From: Mobula hypostoma
Lineage: Eukaryota
Direction: 5' to 3'
NCBI RefSeq assembly: GCF_963921235.1
Contig: NC_086108.1
Span: 54,128,001-54,192,000, forward strand
DNA: 64,000 nt
In this document: positions 26,040-38,153 of the stretch, piece after piece
Position numbering within the stretch: position 1 is the stretch's first letter
How the letters are laid out: every line of letters begins with the position of its first letter
The notes under the pieces: generated by a model
Databases searched by the model: none
Told to the model about the DNA's origin: nothing
What the model saw: the letters and a program-made list of their open reading frames with translations, nothing else
Position numbers and translations under genes: made by a program

Positions 26040-28490
26040 GTTTTGGTCTAAGGCTCCTTCGGGGCTAATTTACCTTGACCATGAGTTGGATGATTGTAGA
26101 AAGTAGAATTTTGGCAAGGCCCTTGACTTGGTCCCTCATGGTAGGCTGGTCCATGAAGTCAGATCTTATGGGTTCCAGGGTGAGCTGGCCAGTTGGATAC
26201 AAAATTGGATTGGTGGTAGCATGCAAAGGGTGGCAGTGGAGTTTCTTTCTCCAGGTTGGAGGTCTATGACATGTGGAGTGTCACTGGGATTAGTGCTGGG
26301 GCCCTTGTTGTTTCTCATGAATAATTTGCATGAGAGTGTAGGTAGCATGGTTAGGAACTTTGTGGACTAAAATGCAGAATAGGGTAATTGTTAAGTGAAC
26401 TGAAGACTTCCTTTCAAAATCATAGCCATTGACATGGTGATCAAGTACTCGTCATTGGGCATGGACAGCACAGAAGGCTGTTTATGTTTAAGGTTACAGC
26501 AGGATCTAGAACAGTTGGTAAAGCGAGCAAATGAATGGCAGATGGAATTTAACTTCATCTGGCGTGTTTGAAATCCTCATATGAGATAAACGAAGGGCAT
26601 GCCAGATAATTAAAGTGATGAGAGCAAATTGGGTAATTATTTTAGGCCAGGACCTATACCACGAATGGCAAAGCTCTATGTAGTCTTTTTGAACAGAGGG
26701 ACCTAAGTGTACAAGTACTTGGTTCTCTGTAGCACCAACATAGGTAGAAGGAGTGGTGAAGGTGGTGTATGGCAGTGGTCCCCAACCACCGAGCCACGGA
26801 CCGGTACCGGGCTACAAAGCATGCGCTACCGGGCCGCAAGGAAGTGATATGATTTGGCGATATGAGTCAGCTGCACCTTTCCTCATTCCCTGTCATGCCC
26901 ACTGTTGAACTTGAATGCACGCGAGATCATTACCCGCACGTCATCCATGTCAGTGCGGGAAGGAGATCAACTCCTCGAGCTTGCAAAAGATGGGGGGCTG
27001 AAAAGTATGTTTGACATAACATCTCTGCCGGCATTCTGGATCAAAGTCAAGGCTGAATATCCTGAGATAGCCACGAAAGCACTGAAAACGTTGCTTCCAT
27101 TTCCAATATATCTCTGCAATGAATGCAACGAAAACTAAATTGCGGAATAGACTGGGCATAAGGAACCCCGTTGGAGTATCGCTGTCTCCCATCACCCCTC
27201 GATGGGACCGTCTTGTTGCAGGAAAACAAGCCCGGGGCTCCCACTGATTCAGTGATATTGGTGTATTGCAATGATTTTATATGTTCATACGGGGAAAATA
27301 TGTGCTGTGTGTTTAATATCCAAACATTACTTAAAATGTTATGATGCTATTGACTTATATAACCATATAACAATTACAGCATGGAAACAGGTGATATCGG
27401 CCCTTCTAGTCCGTGCCGAACGCTACTCTCACCTAGTCCCACCGACCTGCACTCAGCCCATAACCCTCCATTCCTTTCCTGCCCATATAACTATCCAATT
27501 TTTCATTGAATGATAATATCGAACCTGCCTCTACCACTTCTACTGGAAGTTCATTCAACACTTAGTTCAAGCTCCCCTGTCCTCCCCTGATAATTGACTT
27601 ATCGCTATATTCATGCGAGAAAAATATGCGCTGTGTGTTTAATATTAAATTTGTTAGATAAACCCTTTTAGAAACGAAATTGAGTGTATTAGCCACTTAT
27701 CACCTATAATCCGGTCGTGATTAACACCCCCTGAAAAGAATCGCCAAAAGCGATTTGCAGAAAAAAAATTGGCACGAATACGCATGGGCACTGGTGCCCG
27801 CGCAAGGCTTCATGGTCATTGCAGTCTTTTCCCGGGGTAAACCCAACGTTTTGACTGCTACTCTTGTCCGTTGGCAACCCTACCCCTACCCCCACCCCCG
27901 CCCCCCGGTCCGCAGTGCAAAAAAGGGGACCCCTGGTGTATGGCATGCTTGTCTTCATTGTTTGGGGCATTAAGTACAGAACTTGGGTTGTCATATTACA
28001 GCCATACAAAGTGTTGAGCCTGCACCTGGACGAGATTGTGCATCCTGGTCATGACACTGAAGGAACAATGTAATTTAGCTGGAAAAGTTGTGAAAAAGAA
28101 TTATTAGCATGTTGCCAGCACTGAAGAGCAGGATAAATCAGAGACTGTTTGCCCTAGCTGAGGAGTGAGGGTTTACAAAATCCTGACAGACATAGATAGG
28201 AGTAGGTAGTCGCCGACCTTTTTCAGGATAGTGGAATCCTGAACTAAAGGGCAAAGGTTTAAGGTAAGAGAGGAAAGATTTAAAGAGGACCTTGGGAAAG
28301 TTTTTTCACCAGGAGAGTTGTGAGTATGTGGAATGAATTGCCAGAGGAAGTGGGTGAAACAGTTACAATATTTAAAAGACATTTAGAGGGGCTCATGGAG
28401 AGGAGAAGTTCAGAGGGATTTAGTCAAATCCAGGCAAATGGTACAAGTTCCGGAAGGCATGGACGAGTGGGTAGAAGGTCCTGTTTCTCT
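26040..28490 (+). mobile_element. Degenerate CR1 RT/3' region interrupted by a hAT element and by templated insertions
   Basis: VPHGRLVHEVRSYGFQGELASWIQNW; LQQDLEQL..EWQMEFN; resumes after 27943 with GMLVFI..GIKYRTW. Confidence 0.85.
26773..27935 (+). mobile_element. Non-autonomous hAT (Charlie-like) element carrying a captured CR1 3' end
   Basis: TIR cagtggtcccc / ggggacccctg; 8-bp TSD gtgtatgg (26765-26772, 27936-27943); dimerisation-domain remnant LPAFWIKVKAEYPEIATKALKTLLPFP. Confidence 0.93.
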
Positions 28491-28494
28491 GCAA

Positions 28495-28810
28495 AGTCAA
28501 AGTCAGAGTTTATTGTCACCTATGCTGGTACATGTGTGCAGAGTTGCATTAAGGAAAACTTGCCGAAGCAGCAGCATAGGCACATAGTATGAGATGAGCA
28601 GAATTCACGTGATAAGCATAATTTATAAACAATTTGTACAAGAAAGAACACAATTAGAACAAAATGAATGTTGTGGTGCAAAATGGTTAAAGTAGTCATA
28701 GTGTTGTTGTACAGATAGTCCTTGGGGCTGTGTAGGTGGGTTTAAGAACTGAGTTGCTGAAGGAAAATAGCTGTTCTTCAACCTGCTGGTGTGGGACTTC
28801 AGACTCCTCA
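28495..28810 (-). mobile_element. Rex/Babar-like LINE 3' end
   Basis: Minus HTSRLKNSYFPSATQFLN; tail caaagtcaaagtcagagtttattg. Confidence 0.6.
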
Positions 28811-28983
28811 CCAATAGTAATACAGGAAGGTGGTATATGACAACGATAACCTGGAGAGGTATTCAGGAAAGGTAACGGGATGCAAATGCAGACTATCCGG
28901 TGAGAGTCAAAGATGATTTGCTGCAGTGATATAATAGATCTGAGGACAGTTTTAATTATGAAGTCTTAACAGGGATTAACTAG

Positions 28984-29224
28984 TTTGGTAGTGCAGTGAG
29001 ATCAGTGCCGGACTCTGGAGCGAAGGTTCCCGAGTTCGAATCCAGGTCGGGCCACCCCTGAGCACACTTTCCATCCGTGCCGGGTTGAGTGTCAAGCTAG
29101 CCACTCGGCCTCGTTAAAAAAAAAAGGGTCAAGTCAGGAACGTTCATATTGTGACCCGGTTAATCCTGACACCACATGCCAGACAAGAATGGCTGAATGT
29201 CCGGTATGACATGCTAAAAAAAAA
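28984..29224 (+). mobile_element. tRNA-derived SINE with internal and terminal A tracts
   Basis: A-box-like tagtgcagtga, B-box gagttcgaatcc, poly-A end, possible short TSD aactag (28978-28983, 29224-29229). Confidence 0.7.
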
Positions 29225-29399
29225 ACTAGCTTAGAGTTCAAGTGTGTCATCATTTGGTTCTGTTTGTTTCTGTGGGTTGTACTACGTGATTTGCACATAA
29301 CACTGTGCCTTCAGCCATATGATAACATGGTTAGAAGAGTAGCGGCAAACTAAAATGCAGAATGGAATCATTACTAAAGATATCATTTTAAAATCATAG

Positions 29400-29549
29400 C
29401 CACTGACATGGTGATCATCTACTTGTCATCTGGCATCACCTCAAAGGATTCCTCTGAAGAAGAGAAAAAGGCGACCCTGAGTGCTATTAGTGAGGAAAAC
29501 AGACATCTCAATAACTCTGTGATGATCCTTACATATGCTCTCATGAATG
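29400..29549 (+). CDS. CACHD1: CACHD1 exon 8 (150 nt)
   Basis: tag|cc TDMVIIYLSSGITSKDSSEEEKKATL..MILTYALMN g|gtaaga. Confidence 0.96.
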
Positions 29550-30809
29550 GTAAGATACTGATTTTCTTATTCTGGCAGTGCATTTTGAGCACAGATATAA
29601 AGTTGAGTAAATTTGAATGAGTTATTCTTGCCATCAAAGCTCTAATGTAATTGTTTGGAAGACAATCATGTTTCAGATGGCCAAACTGAAATCAGCTATT
29701 GGCATTTACCAAAGTGATCTTTGTTTTTCTTGGCTTCACTGCAATGATACAGTGCTTTCTTTGAGGTTCACGCTGGGTATCACTCTTGGAGGTGACACTC
29801 CAACTGCTAAAATTACTTTCCTATTTCTTTAGGAGTGAAAATTTCACTCTTTACTCTCGGCCCTTGCCTGAGCTTCTGGTTAGTTGACTAGAATATCTGC
29901 TGCCTTTGGTCATGCAGCCATTGGAGTCTTATTGATTTAAGAGCTAAAGAGCAGAGAAGTAGGGGTAGGAGTATATCATTTGTTTCTTTGCTCCATCACT
30001 TACCATGATTGTGAACAATCTTTTCTCATTGCCATTTTCCTGCACTATCCTTGTTTTCAGAAACCTAAAATGTCCCTTACCTTGAATGCACAGACTGTGA
30101 CTGACCCTCCACAGCTGTCCAGGCTGAATTATGAGATGAGTCACTCTTAATCCTTGGTTTCTCCTTTCCTTCATCACAGATTTTTTGCCAAATCTCAACT
30201 AACATAACTGGGTCAAAATTGTGATGGCTCTGCCCCAGTGGTAGAAGTGCAAAAACAATTTGATTCCCACTTTTCCCCCAAAGAGTAGACCTTAACCAGT
30301 GGACTAAGTCTGCTGAGGTCAGCAGATATTCCAATTTGCTGACCAGAAGCCCATCCAAGAGCTGAAAGAGTCAACTCTTGGGTTCAGGAGCAATTGGAAA
30401 GTAGTCTTCTTCTGTTGAAGTGACATGTCACAGATCAATACCCTAGCTAAAACTTGTACGAAAGCCTGAAGGAAATTCATGCTGCCATTTAGATGGTATG
30501 ATTTTAGACCTAGTGGACAATGGAAGAAATTTGCAGGTGGGGTACTGATGAAGCAGTGAGACGAAATGACACTCTTCACTCTCACCACTATAATCATCGG
30601 ATATGCTTAGTGCTCAAATGGCAATGAACATCTACTATGTGTCTTTCAAGAATTGAAAACTACTGTAGGTTGAAGTAGCTTAATAATGATGTGGGAAAGC
30701 TTTCGTACCAACAGTTACCGATGTAATGTGGGGTCTGAAGGCTGATTGCTGGTATGTGAAGTCTGAAAGAACTCATCAAGTGGTTGACCTAAGGTATATG
30801 GGACAACGC

Positions 30810-31850
30810 CATTTATCAATGATTTGGATGAAAAATGTAGTTGAGTGGTTTAACAAGAGTGTGGATGACACCATGATTAGTATATTGTGGACAGAGTAAA
30901 AGGCTATCAAAGTACTCAGCGGGATGTGGATCAGTTACAGATATAGGCACAGGAGTTTAATCTGCGCAACTGTGAGGTGTTGCACTTAGTGAAGTCGAAT
31001 ATTAATAGTAGACCTCTCAATAATATTGAGGTACAAGGGTATCTTAGGGTCTAGGGTCATAGTTCACTAGAAGTGGCTATGCAAGTAGATAAGGTGGTAA
31101 AGAAGGTGTATGGCACGTTTGCCTTCATTGATGGGGTTGAGTATGAGTAAGGAAGTTACGCCGGAGCTGTGTGCAACTTTAGTCAGACTTCTTGGAGAGT
31201 AGTGCTTGCAGATCTGGTTGTCCCATTTTAGGAATGGTATGGAGACTGGAAAGGGCACGAACGAGGATTAACAAGATGCTGCCTGGATTAGAGCTATAAG
31301 GAAAGATTAGACAAACTTGAATGGTTCTGCCTAAAGCATTAGAGGATGAGGGTAGATCTGATAGAGGCATAGACGGTCAGATTCTTTTTCTCAGAGAGAA
31401 GGACATGCTTTTAAGGTTGGAGTGGGAAGTTTAGAAGCAACATGGGGGGCACGTTTTGTCACTCAAAGAGTAGTAGATGCCTGGAATGAGTTACCGGTGT
31501 GGTAGTAGAAGCCGGCAGTTTAAAAAGCTTGTAGATAGACATACAAGTATTGAAGGGAATAGAGGATATGGGTGATACACAGGAGGAGGACATTTAGTGT
31601 AAATTGGCATCAAGATCAGCATGGCATCATGGGCTGAACAGCCACTCCAGTGTGTACCATGCTCGAATTGAATATCTATCAGAAGAATGGATAAAGTAGT
31701 TAGATTCTTGATTGGTCAGGGCTTGAAGGGATACGGGGAGAAGGCAGGAGATTGGGGCTGGGAGGAAAATTGGGTCAGCCATGATGAAATGGTGGAGCAG
31801 ACTCGATGGGCCAAATGGCCTAATTCTGCTCCTATATCTTATGGTCTTTG
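30810..31850 (+). mobile_element. Degenerate CR1 3' half plus a second short CR1 3' end (about 31690-31850)
   Basis: atttatcaatgatttggatga, tgtgaggtgttgcactt, gcctggaatgagttaccg and CR1 3'UTR motifs. Confidence 0.8.
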
Positions 31851-32195
31851 AATAATGATGGAGATTATTGAATTGGCAGGGAGATCCTAGTGTTGAAGAA
31901 AATGTCAAAGTTTGTACTATCATCTATACCACAGAGCAATTTGAAAGCAAATTGGACAGGTTTCATAACAGCATGATAGAGTGCTTCTGCTGGTAACTTG
32001 TTTGAAGGATATTGTCTGATCATGTTAAATGATTTGGAAATGTTCAAAGCAATGATACATATGATTGATCAAAGAATTCGGAAGTAGAGTGGGTATGTGG
32101 AGTAATTAAAATTATGAAAGAATTAGTTGCCATATCAATTTATCGGCTATCATTATTAACTTGAGTGAATGAACTTTTGTGAATTAATGGCATAT

Positions 32196-32325
32196 CTGCA
32201 GAAGGGTCTCAGCCTGAAATGCCAACTGTTTACTCTTTTTCCAGGGATGCTGCCTGGCCTGCTGAGTTTCTCCAGCATTTTGTGTGTTGCATTGGATTTT
32301 CAGCATCTGCAGATTTTCTTGCGTT
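32196..32325 (+). repeat. Degenerate Penelope-like pLTR fragment
   Basis: gaagggtctcagcctgaaatgccaactg..gatgctgcctggcctgctgag..cagcatctgcag, similar to the younger copies. Confidence 0.7.
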
Positions 32326-32660
32326 AGCAAGTCTGCGTGGTTGGCATCTTAAGCATTGTTTCACTCTACTACCAGAGATGACATGTATAAGATGATAAGG
32401 TGGTGATTAAAAAAAAAAGAATGGGTACATCTCTAGTGCATTGGCCTGTTTTTGAGGATCCTCTGAATGCCTTGCAAGAGAATGCAAAACACACAGACTT
32501 TAGCAGTGGGGGGGGGGAGCTATGGTAGCATAGTAGAGGGTTTTCAAAATACTTTTCCATTTTGCTTTCCTGTCAAATATGCATTAAATAGAGCAGAATC
32601 TCATTTGCTTTGTCAGTAACACAACTATTTCCAGCTTTAATATTATTTGTTTTATTTTAG

Positions 32661-32894
32661 AGGGCATAACTGGTTTGAAGGAGCTTGCCTTTCTTCGAGA
32701 TTTAGCAGAACAGAACTCAGCAAAATACGGACTTCCTGACCGCACGTCGCTCCCTGTTGTAAAAGGGACAATGATGGTGTTGAACCAGTTGAGTCACTTG
32801 GAGACCACTGTAGGACGGTTTTACACAAACCTGCCAAACCGAATGATAGATGAAGCTGTGTTTAGTCTACCATACACGGATGAAATGGGTGATG
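32661..32894 (+). CDS. CACHD1: CACHD1 exon 9 (234 nt)
   Basis: tag|(E)GITGLKELAFLRDLAEQNS..FSLPYTDEMGD g|gtaggt. Confidence 0.97.
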
Positions 32895-33133
32895 GTAGGT
32901 TTGGTCTTTCCTTTTGAAGTTTTCTGTGTTTTCTCTTCCCAATATTCCCTTGTTTCTTATTAGCATCCCTATCAAAAATGGTGTACCTCTTTCATTTCGT
33001 TGGCAAATGGCCGTTGTATTATCAATGCAGCAATGTATGCATCTTCCACAAGGTCTGTTTAAAAATTCGTGGCTACTGTATGTCAAATGAACCAGCAATG
33101 AATTATGAGGTTGAAAAGTATCTATATTGAAAC

Positions 33134-33386
33134 TCAAGCAACACACATCAAAGTTGCTGGTGAACGCAGCAGGCCAGGCAGCATCTGTAGGAAGAGGTGC
33201 AGTCGACGTTTCAGGCCGAGACCCTTCGTCAGGACTAACTTCGTTAGTCTCGGTCTCGGTCTTCAGGGTCTCGGCCTGAAACGTTGACTGCACCTCTTCC
33301 TACAGGTGCTGCCTGGCCTGCTGCGTTCACCAGCAACTTTGATGTGTGTTGCTTGAATTTCCAGCATCTGCAGAATTCCTGTTGTT
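33134..33386 (+). mobile_element. Short foldback Penelope-like insertion
   Basis: 92-bp inverted repeat 33134-33225 / 33265-33356 with 2 mismatches; TSD tatattgaaac (33123-33133, 33387-33397). Confidence 0.85.
33201..33236 (-). ncRNA. Minimal type I hammerhead ribozyme motif (PLE-associated)
   Basis: Minus strand AGUC CUGACGA AGG gucucgg CCU GAAA C GUC GACU: stem I AGUC/GACU, CUGANGA core, stem II AGG/CCU, GAAA, GUC cleavage triplet. Confidence 0.75.
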
Positions 33387-34128
33387 TATATTGAAACGCA
33401 TCTGTGTTTTACTGAACTTAACGGAAGTGTTCAACTATGTGAGGAGGTAAAGTCAATCAAGGCTCAGATTCCATGAGAAAGGGGGAAAATTCCAGCATTT
33501 TTAAAAAAAAACCTTTTACCAAAATTTTTTAAGATGTCCCAAGGTAGTTCATGGCAATTTTTATGGGTACTGTTGCATCAGGAAATAGACGGGTTAAGTT
33601 GTCTCTGGAATCAACACAGTGATATGTAACTGGGTAAGCTCTTGCAATATTAGCTGTTAGATAAATGTGGCCCAGAACAATTGTGAATACTACTAGATTT
33701 TATTAATATATTCCCCTTTCAGTGTATTGGGGTCTTTTGTTGATAATTCTTCTGAGAGATGGCATCTCCAACAACAGTGTAGCAGCTTCTCAGTGCTGCC
33801 TTTAAATGTAAGCTTGCATTATGTGCTGATGTTTTTGGAGTAATTTGTGAACACCTTAACTCTGAGGACGTTACCACTGAGCAAAGAGTGAAATGGGCAT
33901 GTGCTTGGTCATTAGATAAGGCAATACTGAGTTTGAATGTGAGGTATTCCATGAGCAACTGGACAGCACTCAGTTTGGCCTCATGCAAGTTGCTGAGGAG
34001 TTCTGGTTATCCAGGGCCCCATTCCCAAAATGTATCTATACTGCTGGAACCTGCATGCCTCATGAGACCAAAATAATATTATGCAATCCTCCAATTCTTT
34101 TAACCTTTTTGAAAATGTACTTTCACAG

Positions 34129-34278
34129 GATTGATCATGACTGTTAGTAAACCGTGCTATTTTGGAAACATGCTATTGGGAATTGTGGGAGTGGATGTGA
34201 ATTTGGCTTATATTCTGGAGGACGTAACTTACTACCGCGATTCATCTGCTTCCTACACGTTCTTAATAGATAATAAAG
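34129..34278 (+). CDS. CACHD1: CACHD1 exon 10 (150 nt)
   Basis: cag|(G)LIMTVSKPCYFGNMLLGIVGVDVNLAYILEDVTYYRDSSASYTFLIDNK g|gtgaga. Confidence 0.97.
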
Positions 34279-34638
34279 GTGAGAAGGTGATTTTTTTTTT
34301 AAACCAGTAACAGCGTTAGAGCTTCAGGCCAGCATTATCTGTGAAGCAGAGATTTCCATGTTTTACCCGTCACACAGCAAACTGACTGAATTCCAAAATG
34401 TAAGAGATCAGACCTACCCAAACAGGAAAAGGGTACGAAAGGTCATTTTGAAGTGGTTGTTCCAAACTTAACCAGCACTATAGAACCAGGGTGAATTTGA
34501 TTGTTTTGTAATTAATGTTCTCATTTCACCTGTTGTTTGTTAATTGATTGTCTCCCTATTGGAATACTGGAAATGGGTCTGAAAATTGTACAGGATTTTG
34601 AATACGATGTTGTTAGATACTTTCCCTTTCCATTTCAG

Positions 34639-34762
34639 GTTACACCCTAATGCATCCCTCCTTGACTCGGCCATATCTTCTCACAGAGCCACCACTCCAC
34701 ACGGATATAATTCACTATGAAAACATTCCAAGATTTCAGCTTGTCAGGCAGAACATCCTAAG
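34639..34762 (+). CDS. CACHD1: CACHD1 exon 11 (124 nt)
   Basis: cag|(G)YTLMHPSLTRPYLLTEPPLHTDIIHYENIPRFQLVRQNIL ag|gtaaaa. Confidence 0.97.
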
Positions 34763-35632
34763 GTAAAAACAAAAGCTATGAGTCAACTATTAAATAGAGT
34801 AAATTGCTCTTAATTATCCAGTGTGAACAGCTCGTGCTCGGAAATCACCTGAATTGATCTCCTGCTCTATGTTAGCTGATCTCACTGTGTTCCAGTAAGC
34901 ATTTTGATCCTATATTCCCAGAGCTCATTAAATTGGAAAGTTACCATGTGTAGCTCAAAGTTATGTAGCATAGGAGCTTCATACTGGCTGGCAGGTCATG
35001 ATACATACGCTGTCAGCGATATTTTTCTGATGATGTTTCCTTCCACCATATACGTTGTTCTGATGGTGCGTTAGATGGGGGCACGTTCGGACACAGTGAC
35101 ATTCCAACCAAAGGTGGCGCTGCTTGTCGTTTTATGATGGCAAGACGCTACTAGTTATCAACAATATCAAGTACCCTTCAGCAAGTTGCTCAGTAGTGAT
35201 GGAGCTGGACTTATTATGTACTGTATTTGTGTTGTTGCCATTGTGCCGAGGTGTGTGTGGTCCCAAAAAAGGTGCGAGTCATTGTCTTGGAAATTTTTCT
35301 TGTGACTGCAAGACTCATTTGGACGTTGGGACTGTGGACATTATAAATCTGGTTCGCTGGCTCTTTGGTGAGACCAACGGCAGATGAGCTGTGTTGCCTC
35401 AGTTGTGGCTAGGATGAGGCCCTCAGACCATGGAGTTGCCTGTTGCAGCCGCACAGAAGAGGAGACACCAAGGTGGTGTGGGAGAGTGCAGAGGCCTCTG
35501 TGACCGCACTGGAGCCTGTGCTGGGTTGGGGCTGTCCCTTCCTGCCAGTGCTGTTCTCTTGTGTTGGCTCGGTGCTGCCCTCTGGTGTTTGCTCAGTGGA
35601 AGAGCAAGCTTGACCAGGATAACATCCAATGC

Positions 35633-37430
35633 ATCATCAGAATCAGGTTTATTATCACTGGCATGTGATGTGATATTTGTTAACTTAGCAGCAGCAGTTC
35701 AATACAATGCATAATATAGAAGAGAAAAAAATCGAAGTATTAAGTAAATCAATTACAGTATACATTGAATAGATTAAAAAATGTGCAAAAAACAAAAATA
35801 CTGTATATTAAAAAAAGTGAAGTAGTGTCCAAATGGTTCAATGTGCGTTTAGGAATTGCATGGCAGAGGAGAAGAAGCTGTTGCTGAATCATTGAGTGTG
35901 TGTCTTCAGGCTTCTGTACCTAATGGTAACAGTGAGAAAAGGGCATGCCCTGGGTGCTGGAGGTCCTTAATAATGGACACTGCCTTTCTGAGACACCGCT
36001 CCCTGAAGATGTTCTGGGTACTTTGTAGGTTAGTACCCAAGATGGAGCTGACTAGATTTACAACCCTCTGCAGCTTCTTTTGGTCCTGTGCAGTAGCCCC
36101 TCCATACCAGACAGTGATGCAGCCTGTCAGAATGCTCTCCACAGTACATCTATAGAAGTCTTTGAGAGTATTTGCTGACATGCCAAATCTCTTCACACTC
36201 CTAATAAAGTATAGCTGCTGTCTTGCCTTCTTGATATCTACATCAATCTGTTGGGACCAGGTTAGATTCTCAGAGAGCTTGACACCCAGGAACTTGAAAC
36301 TGCTCACTCTCTCTCCACTTCTGATCCCTATGAATATTGGTACGTGTTCCTTTGTCTTACCCTTCCTGAAGTCCACAATCAGCTCTTTCGTCTTACTGAC
36401 ATTGATTGCCAGGTTGTTGCTGCGGCACCACTCCACTAGTTGGCATATCTCACTCCTGTACACCATCTCATCACCACTTGATATTCTACCAACATTGGTG
36501 GTATTGTCAGCAAGTTTGTAGATAGTATTTGAGCTATGCCTAGCCACACAGTCATGTGTATACAGAGAGTGGAGCAGTGGGCTAAGCACACACCCCTGAG
36601 GTGCACCAGTGTTGATCATCAGTGAGGAGGAGATGCTATCACCAATCTGTACCGATTGTGGTCCTCTGGTTAGGAAGTCAAGGATCCAATTACAGAGGGA
36701 GGTACAGAAGCTCAGGTTCTGCAACTTCTCAATCAGAATTGTGGGAATGATGGTATTAAATGCTGAGTTATAGTCGATGAACAGCATCCTGACATCGGTG
36801 TTTGTGTTGTCCAGGTGGTTTAAAGCTGTGTGAAGAGCCAATGAGATTGCATCTGTCGTTGACCTATTGTGGCGATAGGCAAACTGCAATGGGTCCAGGT
36901 CCTTGCTGAGGCAGGAGTTCAGTCTAGTCATGACCAACCTCCCAAAGCATTTCATCACTGTAGATGTTAGTGCTACTGGGCAATACTCATTAAGGCAGCT
37001 CACATTATTCTTCTTAGGCACTGGTATAATTTGTTGCCTTTTTGAAGCAAGTGGGAGCTTCCGCCCGTAGCAGTGAGAGGTTGAAAATGTCCTTGAATAC
37101 TCCCGCTAGTTGGTCGGCACAGGTTTTCAGAGCCTTACCAGGTACTCCATCGAGACCTTCCACCTTTCAAGGGTTCACTCTCTTTAAAGACAGCCTAACA
37201 TCGGCCTCTGAGACGGAGATCACAGGGTCATCAGGTGCAGCAGGGATCTTCACAGCTGTAGTTGTGTTCTCCCTTTCAAAGTGGGCATAGAAGGTGCTGA
37301 GTTCATCTGGTAGTGAAGCATTGCTGCCATTCGTGCTATCGGGTTTCGCTTTGTAGGAAGTAATGTCTTGCAAACACTGCCAGAATTGCTATGCATCCGA
37401 TGTCGCCTCCAACCTCATTCGAAATTGTCT
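35633..37430 (-). mobile_element. 5'-truncated Rex1/Babar-like LINE (RT), apparently nested in a non-autonomous element (about 35130-35630 + 37431-37612)
   Basis: 371-aa minus [50 protein letters not shown]; tail atcagaatcaggtttatt. Confidence 0.9.
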
Positions 37431-38035
37431 GTTCTACAGGCCATGCTATTCAGAGACTTGGGTGACTGTATATTTTTTTTTGTGACTATACTTTCTGCTA
37501 TCGTAACCTTATGTGCTGTGTGCAGTTTGCACCTTCGTCCTGGAGGAACGTGGTTTCGTTTGGCGATTTTCATGTATGGTTGAATGAAAATTAAACTTGA
37601 ACATGAACTTGATCCCTATAGTAATGAGTCAGCAGAAGTTGTTGGGTCCTTCTTGCCTGACGATTTAATCGCTTGAATGAAGCATTGGATTTCCATTCAA
37701 CAAGGATTATTTTTTTACCTTCAAGCAACAACCTTGAATAAAAGCAAAAATTTGAGCAATTCCAGCGGATTCTGGAAATCTGAATTTTAAAAAAGAAAAT
37801 GCTGAAATTGCTCAAATGTATGGAAAGAAGTGTTTAACACTTCAGGTTAGTGTTCTTTGATTAAGTATTGTGAGCAAAAATAAGTGTTCCCAGTAGTCCT
37901 GTTCATCGTCCTTAAATTGTCCAGGGTACATTTCATCATTGTAAACTTTGTCAGACGTGTTTTGAAAGTTAGAATTTGTGGCAGTGTAAATTATAGACAT
38001 GCAAATAATGTTTTTCTTCCTTCATCTCTGTGCAG

Positions 38036-38153
38036 TCTCCCCTTGGGCAGTCAAGTTATTACTGTACCCGTAAATTCCTCTTTATCTTGGCATATAAATC
38101 GGCTGCGAGAAACCAGTAAGGACGCCTACAATGTCAGCTATGCCTGGAAGTTG
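38036..38153 (+). CDS. CACHD1: CACHD1 exon 12 (118 nt)
   Basis: cag|t LPLGSQVITVPVNSSLSWHINRLRETSKDAYNVSYAWKL|gtaggt. Confidence 0.96.

Noticed and set aside
28984..29055. Genuine tRNA gene
   Set aside because: No convincing acceptor stem; it continues into a SINE body and poly-A tail
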